From an uncultured virus (IMG/VR IMGVR_UViG_3300010938_000026) (taxonomy: Duplodnaviria; Heunggongvirae; Uroviricota; Caudoviricetes): a DNA stretch of 64,000 bases. Location: IMG/VR virus record IMGVR_UViG_3300010938_000026; one strand, given 5' to 3'. Below the pieces are notes generated by a model. The model saw nothing but the letters and a program-made list of their open reading frames with translations. It searched no databases and was not told the DNA's origin. Positions 38,620-47,120 of this stretch are shown here, piece after piece. A program made the position numbers and the translations under genes. Numbering within the stretch: the first letter of the stretch is position 1; each line of letters begins with the position of its first letter.

Positions 38620-39628
38620 TGATGGTGTAGCAGAAGCTGCATACGCGCTGCAGCCGGCTTGGCATAAATTAGGCACGGTACTGGATCACCCAATGACCAG
38701 CGCGGAAGCCATTCAAGTCGCCCACCTTGATTGGACCATTAGCAAGCAATCTACATACATCCGTAGCAATGACGGCTGGCATGAAGTCCCGCAGTTCAAA
38801 TTCGTGATGCGGGATGACAACCATAAAGTGCTGGGCATTGTGTCGGACAATTACCAGCTCGTCCAGAACGTTGAGGCGTTCGCATTTCTCGATACCCTCG
38901 TCGAAGAGGGTCAGATACAATATGAGGCGGCCATGAGCCTCAAAGAGGGTCGTGTCGTGATTCTTCTGGCTCGCATGCCTGGTATTGATTACATCACGTC
39001 AGACGACCAGTTGAAACGCTACATCCTGCTGAGCCTGACTCACGATGGCACTGCCGCTATTAAGTTCGGGCCGACATCGGTGCGTGTGGTGTGCGCCAAT
39101 ACTTACGCACTGGCGCAACAAGAGGGCGCACTACGTGACGTGGCGGCGCGGACGATCTTGGATCGAGGTATTAGAGTCACGCACGTCGGGGATGTAAAAG
39201 CCAAGCTGCAAGCTGCTAAGGCCGCGATCGATCAGGCAAATATCCTGTTCGATCATTATGCCGATATTGCCAAACAGCTGGCGCAGAAGAAATGGACCGA
39301 CGAACAGTTCCAGCGGTTCTTGGATGTCATGTGCCCGGAATTGCAGCCGTATGACCCGGATTACACGGAGAAGCGGGCAAAAGCCATCCAAAACACGCGT
39401 GCAGAGATTCGGACTTTGTATTATAATGACGAGAAACAGCAGCTAGACGGCATTGAGCGGACCGCCTGGGCTGCTGTTTGTGCGGTGACCGAGCACATCG
39501 ACCATCTGCCACGCCGGGGAGCTACTTGGCGGCAGAAGGCCGAAGCACGATTCAACGTCTGTCTCTACGGCCCTGGCCGTGATATGAAACATCGGGCCTA
39601 CGAGGCAGCAATGCGAATTTCATGCTAA
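38594..39628 (+). CDS. DUF932-family phage/plasmid protein
   Basis: PAWHKLG, LDWTI, LGIVSDNYQLVQNVEAF, THDGT, TSVRVVCANT, TAWAAVCAVTEHIDH. Confidence 0.88.
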   Translation: MAHEITVRDDGVAEAAYALQPAWHKLGTVLDHPMTSAEAIQVAHLDWTISKQSTYIRSNDGWHEVPQFKFVMRDDNHKVLGIVSDNYQLVQNVEAFAFLDTLVEEGQIQYEAAMSLKEGRVVILLARMPGIDYITSDDQLKRYILLSLTHDGTAAIKFGPTSVRVVCANTYALAQQEGALRDVAARTILDRGIRVTHVGDVKAKLQAAKAAIDQANILFDHYADIAKQLAQKKWTDEQFQRFLDVMCPELQPYDPDYTEKRAKAIQNTRAEIRTLYYNDEKQQLDGIERTAWAAVCAVTEHIDHLPRRGATWRQKAEARFNVCLYGPGRDMKHRAYEAAMRISC

Positions 39629-39856
39629 GTCCGCTCCTGCGCAAGCCCGGGTGTGGCCATTGGTTACACTCGGGCCGGATTCATACCACCTTCCTTTCCA
39701 AGCTCGGGCGCTGGTGTAACAGCTAGCGCTCGAGCCGTCATCATTACGCTCCTGCGCAAGCCCGGGCGGTGGCGAAAGTCATCGCCCGGGCCGCAATTAT
39801 TGTCCGCTCCTGCGCAAGCCCGCGCTACGCTTCGGTGTAGCGCGGGTCTTTTTTTT
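39629..39856 (+). ncRNA. Tandem array of four ~58-nt leader+hairpin units (putative structured RNA)
   Basis: CGCTCCTGCGCAAG in units 1, 3 and 4 (CCTTCCTTTCCAAG in unit 2), then hairpins at 39646-674, 39703-734, 39761-790 and 39819-846 with G.U pairs, compensatory changes and GAAA/UUCG loops; the last is followed by a U-tract. Confidence 0.7.
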
Positions 39857-39938
39857 GTTCCGCAAAAGAAAATGACGATAGGGCAACGGAATTATTTGCG
39901 ACAGATTTCGATCATGTAGTGCTCGGAAGATCAGACAC

Positions 39939-40478
39939 ATGGCTCAGAATCAAAAACCGTTGATCCATACCGCTACGGTAAAAACGCCTCCTGATTACAG
40001 ACCTACGTGGCCGCAGCGTATATTTATCAGGGTACAAGACACGGAGCTATTCGTGGCCTCCGCGGGTGGCATGCCAGATTCTGCAGACGTAGCTGTGACC
40101 TCTAACGTACACGTACCTGTCCACTTTCGCCTGCGGGACATAGCGGCTTACAAGTACACGCGTAGTGAAACAAACAGCCGCGGACTTGTAGTATACCCAG
40201 GTTGCATAGCGGTAGAGAGTTATACCGGGCCACCAAAGTCCCCGTATAACAAAATCGAACTAGACGGCTACAATCGACGGATTTATTGCAATTACAAATC
40301 GAAAAATGAGATGCGCTTCGTGCAGATTGACTTACTGGCACGCTTTGGCCACGTAGCGATTCGGGATGAAGTAATGAACATGGCGTGCATCCCACCATCT
40401 CTTCTAAAGTTAGAGGCGTGGTCTTGCCGCACAAACGTAGAAGCTTACGAATTGTCTGGATGTAAGTTCCAAGACTGA
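39939..40478 (+). CDS. Hypothetical protein; outlying member of the [DN]T-motif family
   Basis: 179 aa; IFIRVQDTELFV. Confidence 0.6.
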   Translation: MAQNQKPLIHTATVKTPPDYRPTWPQRIFIRVQDTELFVASAGGMPDSADVAVTSNVHVPVHFRLRDIAAYKYTRSETNSRGLVVYPGCIAVESYTGPPKSPYNKIELDGYNRRIYCNYKSKNEMRFVQIDLLARFGHVAIRDEVMNMACIPPSLLKLEAWSCRTNVEAYELSGCKFQD

Positions 40479-40489
40479 AAGGAGACTGA

Positions 40490-40813
40490 ATGAAGCAAAT
40501 AAGTATTTACAAGGATTTTAATCCCGTGATTAAAATCGAGGCCGAATCGATGGAGTGGTTACTTGATTGCTTGGTCTGTCTAGGAAAGGCCGCTCGGGAC
40601 GACTTCTTAAACGGCTTGTCCTTTACAGGCCGGAACGGTGTCCTTTATCAGCTCAAGCGGCTAAAACCCAGTGAAGCCAAGCAACTCGGGTCACCTCATG
40701 CTAAGTGGGCTATTGAATCATTTGAGGGATCAATGTTGGAGACGAGGCATTTGTACAAGACACGTAACAGGGCTATGAATGCGTTTTGCGCATTCGCGGG
40801 GGAACTTGCTTAG
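40490..40813 (+). CDS. Hypothetical protein
   Basis: AAAGGAG SD; 107 aa. Confidence 0.7.
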   Translation: MKQISIYKDFNPVIKIEAESMEWLLDCLVCLGKAARDDFLNGLSFTGRNGVLYQLKRLKPSEAKQLGSPHAKWAIESFEGSMLETRHLYKTRNRAMNAFCAFAGELA

Positions 40814-40825
40814 AAAGGAGCACTA

Positions 40826-41572
40826 ATGTTAGCGACACACTTGACTTTTAATTACAGGCGTGATCGCATGCTGAGCGTGGATGAACTGCAAAACGTAGCG
40901 CAACGCCTCTTCAACACAGCGCAGTGCGCGGCGAAGGATCAGACATATCTAATCAATCTTGCATACTCCGCATGGGGCGAGCGAGGGATAATCGGTCGGT
41001 TTGCCAGTTACAAGCAGCCGGAGACAGGCGAAGTGGCCACCTGCTACCAGGTGCAGCAGGTAGGATTAAAGAAGGAGGACGGCCAGCTTTACAAAAAACG
41101 TACGTCCAAAGTGGGCATGGACCTCCAAGAAGGGATGGATCAGTACCTGGACCGTGCACGGGCGTTCATGCAGCAAGTCCGGAATCCGGATGACGTCCGT
41201 CTCTGTACGGTGGCACTGAAATGGCAATTTCCTATTGAGCAATTCAACGTCATCAAGGAAATGGCGACCCGGTTACCCGCGCCCAGCGAAGCTTCAAACT
41301 TGCAGATTTATTCAAGTATAGGAGCGCTCGTGTTTTGGAAATGCGACACTGAAGGTAATCCGCTGGCCTCAAGCCCTGAGTCTTGGGTAGTTCATTCAAT
41401 GTATGTAGGGGGTCACGGATACCACCAATCCTTCTCGACACTCAAAGAGGCACTTGAGTTCGTGCAGCCGCACTTGCATGCGTGGGACAAGGAATGCGAT
41501 GACCACGTGATCGCATCTGTTCGTGAATTCGTGGAAGCGAGGCTCCAAAAAGCGAAAAAGGTTCAACGATGA
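40826..41572 (+). CDS. Hypothetical protein (paralog of the next gene)
   Basis: AAAGGAG SD; NPL...SWVVHS...FSTLKEALEFVQPHL. Confidence 0.7.
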   Translation: MLATHLTFNYRRDRMLSVDELQNVAQRLFNTAQCAAKDQTYLINLAYSAWGERGIIGRFASYKQPETGEVATCYQVQQVGLKKEDGQLYKKRTSKVGMDLQEGMDQYLDRARAFMQQVRNPDDVRLCTVALKWQFPIEQFNVIKEMATRLPAPSEASNLQIYSSIGALVFWKCDTEGNPLASSPESWVVHSMYVGGHGYHQSFSTLKEALEFVQPHLHAWDKECDDHVIASVREFVEARLQKAKKVQR

Positions 41573-42255
41573 CCTGGAACTTCCACGCTGTACTTAAACT
41601 CCAGCGATCGGCGGAAACTCCGCTATTGGAAATTCAGCAGGTAGCTGAACGTGGTCGAGAATTGCTCCAACAAGTTCTCACCACGGGCCCATCTTGGTGT
41701 ATCATCACATGTCACCGCGGCTGCGCCTTCGTCGGGCAGATAAATGTCATGTATACACGGTCCGGCGATCAGCAAATCAGGGTAGTCAGCTCGCATACCT
41801 TGAAGATGTACTCAGCCGATGACGTTACCCATGAAGAAACAGCTACTGTAGATAGCTTCTCTCAGGATGAGGGTCGCTCCGGCTGGCAGGAATTCTGGAT
41901 GTATACAGGTTACGATGTCAAGAAGCATCCATGCCGGACGGCTCCATACCTGTATACGATTGAGCTGGTCGCAGATATCCCGGCCGATCAAGTGTCAAAG
42001 CTTAAGGAATTCATCGAGGGTATACACAATGCCCAAAGAGAATCCAAGCTTACCTTAAAGACACGCGCTATTGAAATCAACATCTATTTACCTCGCTTCT
42101 GGCGGAATCCACTTGGCAAAGATGACACTTCATGGGTAGTAGAGTCTCAGATTTACCTTGAGCCACGTGAGCGGCACGTCAAGACGTTTGACCGCCTCAA
42201 AGACGCATTTGCGTTTGTTTATCCGCATCTTCTTCCGCCGTCGGAAGCAAATTAA
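41569..42255 (+). CDS. Hypothetical protein (paralog of the previous gene)
   Basis: NPL...SWVVES...FDRLKDAFAFVYPHL. Confidence 0.7.
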   Translation: MTWNFHAVLKLQRSAETPLLEIQQVAERGRELLQQVLTTGPSWCIITCHRGCAFVGQINVMYTRSGDQQIRVVSSHTLKMYSADDVTHEETATVDSFSQDEGRSGWQEFWMYTGYDVKKHPCRTAPYLYTIELVADIPADQVSKLKEFIEGIHNAQRESKLTLKTRAIEINIYLPRFWRNPLGKDDTSWVVESQIYLEPRERHVKTFDRLKDAFAFVYPHLLPPSEAN

Positions 42256-42290
42256 ACACAGGACACGTGAAGGTCCAACAGCTGACTTCA

Positions 42291-42338
42291 CTCCCGCGCA
42301 AGCCCGCGCTACGCTTCGGCGTAGCGCGGGTATTTTTT
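42291..42338 (+). terminator. Solo copy of array unit 4 acting as an intrinsic terminator
   Basis: CTCCCGCGCAAG-CCCGCGCTACGC-TTCG-GCGTAGCGCGGG-TATTTTTT. Confidence 0.8.
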
Positions 42339-42358
42339 ATGTCAAAAAAGGAGAGTCA

Positions 42359-43099
42359 ATGAACGCTGTCGACGCATTGAATTCTATAACGCTCGCTAAT
42401 GTGTCCAAATCGGCATTTGGCGGCATTCAAGCCGATATTGTCGCCTTTAATGATGTATCTGTTCATTTAGAAAAATCACTCAAAGTGCACGTTGCATCAA
42501 ATGTGCCTATGTACAAGGATAAGTCATACGCGGGTAGAATTAAATTGCTGCTTCCATTATCGGGCGTAAATATTCGTAAATTAGACAAATCGAGCTATTT
42601 AATCGAATCTGGCCCGTATAATCTCTTCGGGGTTGTTGTGAAGACAGGTAATTTCTGGCCAAAAAGCTTCGTCGTAAACACTGTAAAACTGAATGGGCCA
42701 GCGCAGTCTGATCCGTTGGGTAAAGATACTTATGGTTTGATTCTAACCAAAGATGATCACATTTGTGTGCGATGGGGGCATCGGTATATACCAAGACCCG
42801 ACAGGCTACCCGGGTCTCGGCTGGACTATAAGCTTCGTCAGGGTGAGTGTAACATCGATTTGGCTGGGAGAGTCATTGTGACAATCCACAACGACCTCGA
42901 CTTTGGGTGTGCAAACGACGAACTCGACGTTGGGTGTGCAAAGGCAGCTGCAGGGTGTGTGATGGCAATGCTAGCCCTGATTTTGATAGCGATACTGTTC
43001 GTTGTTGTGCTAGGGATAATTGCTGGGGCCATAACCGGATTCAAAGAGGCGCTGGCATTTACCGGCCCAAGCATTTCCGCAGTCGGAAGCCTGATCTAG
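42359..43099 (+). CDS. Hypothetical protein with C-terminal membrane anchor
   Basis: AAAAGGAG SD before ATG 42359; long hydrophobic stretch MAMLALILIAILFVVVLGIIAGAI. Confidence 0.7.
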   Translation: MNAVDALNSITLANVSKSAFGGIQADIVAFNDVSVHLEKSLKVHVASNVPMYKDKSYAGRIKLLLPLSGVNIRKLDKSSYLIESGPYNLFGVVVKTGNFWPKSFVVNTVKLNGPAQSDPLGKDTYGLILTKDDHICVRWGHRYIPRPDRLPGSRLDYKLRQGECNIDLAGRVIVTIHNDLDFGCANDELDVGCAKAAAGCVMAMLALILIAILFVVVLGIIAGAITGFKEALAFTGPSISAVGSLI

Positions 43100-43123
43100 T
43101 TAATTGAACTTTCGGAGGTCCGA

Positions 43124-43894
43124 ATGCTAAGTCGTGGTAACGACAAACTGGGACGTAGTATCTACCATTGGAGCATTCCCGCCATTACTACATGCCCTGG
43201 TGCAACGGAGGCATGTAAAGCCCTCTGTTACGCATCCAAGGGGCGCTTTCGCGCGCCAGCGTCCAAAAACAACATGGCTCGCAATTACAGGCTCAGCAAA
43301 TCCAGATACTTCGCAGAGGCCATGATCTGCGCAATCCAGGCCATGCGCCATCCCATCATACGTATCCATGTGGCCGGGGACTTCTATGACCGATCCTACA
43401 TCAAGAAATGGCTCCGCATCGTTAAAGAATGTCCTCACGCCACATTCTTTGCCTATACCCGTAGCTGGAGACGACCAGAGCTCCTGCCGCTCCTCCTACG
43501 CCTTGGCTCACTGCCGAACATGCGTCTGTGGTTCTCCGCAGACCGGCTCGGCGGTGAGCCACCCCGGTTGGGGTTACCCATCGCATACATGAGCATCGAT
43601 GATAACGACATTCCACCCTGGCCAGTTAATCTGGTATTCCGGGTACAACGTAAAACTCAGCAGAAATTCATGAATGGATACCTGGTATGCCCGGTAGAAC
43701 AGGGCATCAACCGCCAGACGCATATCACCTGCACGAAATGCCAGCTTTGTTTCCAGCGGCTCAACCACCCACACCTCCAAAAGGAGGGTGCCGGTCTTAT
43801 ATATAAGGAAGCCTGTTCCCGGCCAAGTTCCAATCCAAAGGTGGGGAACTGGCGGAGATGTACCCCTAACGTAACGACCCCAGAAGAGGTGTGA
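43124..43894 (+). CDS. GP88-family phage protein (Cys-cluster, radical-SAM-like)
   Basis: GNDKLG...TCPGATEAC...CYA; IRIHVAGDFY; AYTR; C-terminal CP...CTKCQLC. Confidence 0.8.
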   Translation: MLSRGNDKLGRSIYHWSIPAITTCPGATEACKALCYASKGRFRAPASKNNMARNYRLSKSRYFAEAMICAIQAMRHPIIRIHVAGDFYDRSYIKKWLRIVKECPHATFFAYTRSWRRPELLPLLLRLGSLPNMRLWFSADRLGGEPPRLGLPIAYMSIDDNDIPPWPVNLVFRVQRKTQQKFMNGYLVCPVEQGINRQTHITCTKCQLCFQRLNHPHLQKEGAGLIYKEACSRPSSNPKVGNWRRCTPNVTTPEEV

Positions 43895-43982
43895 ATTCTT
43901 ATATATAAGAGCACAGTCAATACGTAAAATCTGTCTCCAAATGGGGTATGGCCTGTTAAGTTAACAGAGCAAGGGAGGCGTT

Positions 43983-44885
43983 ATGAGCCCGCGCTTGTAT
44001 GGAACCTTTATCTTCCGGCTGAAGAACCAGGCTAGCATTGATGTGCTGTATAAATACATGAAGACGTCAGCGGACGACTCCGGGCACGTTCCGGTAGCTC
44101 TGCGACATTATGTTTTAGATATCCAAGAAGACGAGCTTAAAGTCAAACTGAAGACCAAGACCACAAAAGACGGAATCGTTTGCACACTGCCTACAGGCGA
44201 AAAAATCAAGCTGCCCAAGAAACTCTTTCCTCTACGTGTCGTCAGCGGTACAATTTATCACACTGCAGATGGTTACAAGATCAAAATCCTTTACGCAATT
44301 CGCACTAAAGCCCGTGTTTTAGACCCTGAGAAGATCGTTGGAATTGACCTTGGTGTACATAAGATCGTTACTTCTGAACCTGAGACCTATAAGTTTCCGA
44401 AGCGTTTGTTGAAGACCTTAGAGAAGCGTGATCTTGAAAGTAAAGACGTTAAGCGACAGTTAACTGCGTTCTACACTCAAGTTGTTGTAAAGCTTTGTAA
44501 AACCTACGATTACATCGCTGTAGAGAAGTTCAATCCGCATTTTCAACCGATCGCTGGTACCGAATTGTTCTACGAAGTTCTGAAGCGTCAAACACAAAAA
44601 TACGGTAAACAAGCTGTTTTCGTAAATCCTAAGAACACTTCAAAATTCTGCGCTACGTGTAACGTGAAGCTGAAACCAAAGAATGCGGACTTGCAGTACT
44701 GCCCCAAATGCAAGAAAGCCGTTAACCGTGATGTCAATGCAGCCACAAACGTCAAAAACCTTGCACTTCGGCGTTCTGACTCGGCCGGTTTTGTTGGGAC
44801 TTTGCCGGCACCTGACCATCCACCATGTGGTACGGGTAAATTAAATGTTGCAGGGGATCCTTTCGAGAACCAAGGAACCTGGTGA
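43983..44885 (+). CDS. tnpB: TnpB-family (IS200/IS605 OrfB-like) RuvC nuclease, compact, with no tnpA
   Basis: RuvC-I VGIDLG; RuvC-II IAVE; VNPKNTSKFCATC...CPKC zinc finger; RuvC-III NRDVNAATN; GGGAGG SD. Confidence 0.88.
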   Translation: MSPRLYGTFIFRLKNQASIDVLYKYMKTSADDSGHVPVALRHYVLDIQEDELKVKLKTKTTKDGIVCTLPTGEKIKLPKKLFPLRVVSGTIYHTADGYKIKILYAIRTKARVLDPEKIVGIDLGVHKIVTSEPETYKFPKRLLKTLEKRDLESKDVKRQLTAFYTQVVVKLCKTYDYIAVEKFNPHFQPIAGTELFYEVLKRQTQKYGKQAVFVNPKNTSKFCATCNVKLKPKNADLQYCPKCKKAVNRDVNAATNVKNLALRRSDSAGFVGTLPAPDHPPCGTGKLNVAGDPFENQGTW

Positions 44886-44945
44886 GGAAGGGTGGGCCGT
44901 AGGCAACGATGCCCAAATCGAGCCAGAATCCCGCTTAAAGGTGAC
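44780..44945 (+). ncRNA. Candidate omega/reRNA scaffold overlapping the tnpB 3' end
   Basis: Several GC-rich stem-loops (GCCGG..CCGGC, CCAC..GTGG, CAGG..CCTG, GGGC..GCCC) where TnpB RNAs usually lie; boundaries are guesses. Confidence 0.35.
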
Positions 44946-45000
44946 ACATCGGCAGAAGACAAAAAAGGTAATTTAAGGCATAAAAATTAGTTCTCTGTAC

Positions 45001-45276
45001 CCCTGCCCAACCTCTTAGGGAGTAAAAAACTTAAGGGGACCGGGCAGTTTTCATCTTTTGAATAAAACTTTAATCGCAAGATTAAAATTTTACTACGACA
45101 CAAATAGCCGCCAGTACCCATGATGACAGTGAAAACTAACCAAGAATCCAAACATGATGACAGTGAAAACTAACCAAGAATCTAAACCCTGCCCAACCTC
45201 TTAGGGAGTAAAAAACTTAAGGGGACCGGGCAGTTTTCATCTTTTGAATAAAACTTTAATCGCAAGATTAAAATTT
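45001..45276 (+). repeat. Two identical 90-bp direct repeats (45001-45090, 45187-45276) enclosing a 34-bp tandem repeat (45119-45186)
   Basis: CCCTGCCCAACCTCTTAGGG...GATTAAAATTT twice, 186 bp apart; CATGATGACAGTGAAAACTAACCAAGAATCYAAA twice. Confidence 0.92.
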
Positions 45277-45366
45277 GACCTGAACACACACGATAGTCGC
45301 CAGCACTCCTCCAACCAGTAAAAAACTAGAAAAGAACCCCAACCCTAACGTACACCTCTCTAGATC

Positions 45367-45417
45367 GGCTTGAGCCAGCTCCTGATACAGAACGCTGGCT
45401 CAAGCCAACTTTTTTTT
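45367..45417 (+). terminator. Intrinsic terminator
   Basis: GGCTTGAGCCAGC / GCTGGCTCAAGCC 13-bp stem plus T8. Confidence 0.85.
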
Positions 45418-45446
45418 ACCAACCATAAAGACAGGAGATTGCCAGA

Positions 45447-46019
45447 ATGTACATCAAAAACAAAAAAGCCCACATCAGCACCAGTACGGTCAGCCCAAAA
45501 TTCATACATATAAAATTCAAGCACACTAAACTGATACTCACAGAAGAGGCACCATACGGGTCAATGCTGGAAGCAGAATACGTCACCAAAAAGGTTAGCG
45601 ATAAATACGTCCCGAAATTGCTGGTCATGACTCATAACGAAAATAACGTAGCCATGACATACGAAAACGCACATGAAATCCTGGACCTGATGATCGAAGA
45701 CCAACGGGAATATGAAGAGGACGAGTCCGCAACCAGATTGAAAATCGAAAAGAACGACTATCTGAACAACGAACACAAAACACTAACACTAAAATACGAT
45801 TGCGCCATTGCTGACCTGCGTAAAGGTAAAATAAACCTGAGAGTCTTGATCACAATGCCAACAATGCGAAGCGGATTACTGGTCGATAAACGCCTGTCTA
45901 AAGACCTGAGAAACTCACACATCGACCTGGATCAATTCACCGTAAGCCCGGAACTACAGCCAGATATCAGGGCCATCGAACGGAATTTAATCACGGGATT
46001 AAAATCCAAAATTCGATAA
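45447..46019 (+). CDS. Tandem-array protein 1 (beta-rich, unknown function)
   Basis: AGGAG SD; 190 aa; IHIKFKHTKLIL. Confidence 0.7.
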   Translation: MYIKNKKAHISTSTVSPKFIHIKFKHTKLILTEEAPYGSMLEAEYVTKKVSDKYVPKLLVMTHNENNVAMTYENAHEILDLMIEDQREYEEDESATRLKIEKNDYLNNEHKTLTLKYDCAIADLRKGKINLRVLITMPTMRSGLLVDKRLSKDLRNSHIDLDQFTVSPELQPDIRAIERNLITGLKSKIR

Positions 46020-46038
46020 ACAGGAAGACAAGAAACTT

Positions 46039-46650
46039 ATGCGCTTAGACAACAGCAAGAAAGGGTTTTGCCTGACCACAACAACAGAACCCAGGACGCT
46101 AAAACTCGAATCCAAAACGACCGACTGCATCATAACCGCGATAGCGGGACGAGAATACATCGAGGCTACCTTCAAAACTCCACAAATCCGCGATACATAC
46201 GTCCCACAATTTAAGACCATAACCGAAGGACGCGTCCGGCAATATGCTGCGTGCTACATTAACGTCAATAAAATCCTGGAAGCAAATCGATTGGCTTATA
46301 ACGACGTGCTCCTTCAAACAAGTAATTACCTGAAAAAGCGGCACATTCTGGTAACTCACCATCAAAACACGATCAGCATTAAAATGTTCGTCGATAACAC
46401 AAGCAAATGCGCGGACATCGCCCTAAAAAATAAAATCGAAATCCGAATCAAGATCAGTAAGTCCGTACGCGACAGCGAAATAATCTTGGGTGAACACAGA
46501 CTCGTCTATAACACCACATCAATACCGAAAACTACCCCATCCCGGAATTTAATCACAGGATTAAAATCCAGCCAGCACGACTCAAATGCAGGAGAACACT
46601 GCTATGATCATTGCAATAGTCGAACCTCCAGAAGGCTACCGCCAGATTGA
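46039..46650 (+). CDS. Tandem-array protein 2
   Basis: 203 aa; LKLESKTTDCII. Confidence 0.6.
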   Translation: MRLDNSKKGFCLTTTTEPRTLKLESKTTDCIITAIAGREYIEATFKTPQIRDTYVPQFKTITEGRVRQYAACYINVNKILEANRLAYNDVLLQTSNYLKKRHILVTHHQNTISIKMFVDNTSKCADIALKNKIEIRIKISKSVRDSEIILGEHRLVYNTTSIPKTTPSRNLITGLKSSQHDSNAGEHCYDHCNSRTSRRLPPD

Positions 46651-47119
46651 AGAAAAATTCGCGCTGTACGTCTACGACGACTCGTACTACATGCAAATCA
46701 AACTCGCTAACGCCGACCTCATAATCCAGGTTCCTGAAGGATGCAAGAAATTCGTGACCGATGTACGTTACGCCCGGCGCTATACCAGCCAGTGGAGAAT
46801 AAACTGGTACGCTGACGCCACCCACGGTGAACTATGTAACGCCAGTAAACACTGCGAACATAACCTGAAGTGGAAGGTTGAAGACATAATCTATGACGAA
46901 TTCACGCTCCAGCGCGAAGACGCAGATGGTACCCAGTTCATACACGCAATGCGGGACCAGTCACCGCTCATCACTACCAAGGTGCATACACGGGAAGGTC
47001 ACCAGACACTGGGATTGGAATTGGGCCAGAATAACCTCATCATGTACACACCGGATATACAAATCCTGCCCCTGACCCTGTCAGTCCCGGAAAACACCTG
47101 CAAGAAAAAAAGGAAATAA
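46586..47119 (+). CDS. Tandem-array protein 3
   Basis: About 170 aa; MQIKLANADLII. Confidence 0.6.
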   Translation: MQENTAMIIAIVEPPEGYRQIEEKFALYVYDDSYYMQIKLANADLIIQVPEGCKKFVTDVRYARRYTSQWRINWYADATHGELCNASKHCEHNLKWKVEDIIYDEFTLQREDADGTQFIHAMRDQSPLITTKVHTREGHQTLGLELGQNNLIMYTPDIQILPLTLSVPENTCKKKRK

Positions 47120-47120
47120 C

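Noticed and set aside
39653..39919. 88-aa ORF over the hairpin array, and the 42158-42358 extension sharing PAQARATLR
   Set aside because: The shared peptide is just the translated repeat element; both read through terminators and lack an SD. The downstream gene starts at 42359.
45119..45186. Box C (ATGATGA)-containing 34-bp repeats as a TIGR or C/D guide array
   Set aside because: Only two essentially identical copies with no variable spacers.
45001..45276. CRISPR array next to the TnpB/Cas12-like gene
   Set aside because: Only two 90-bp repeats, plus two adjacent 34-bp repeats with no spacer; not a repeat-spacer architecture, and no cas genes.
45981..46570. Shared peptide RNLITGLKS as evidence of protein homology
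   Set aside because: Encoded by the DNA palindrome; NLIxxLK also appears in unrelated ORFs at 21994 and 31473.
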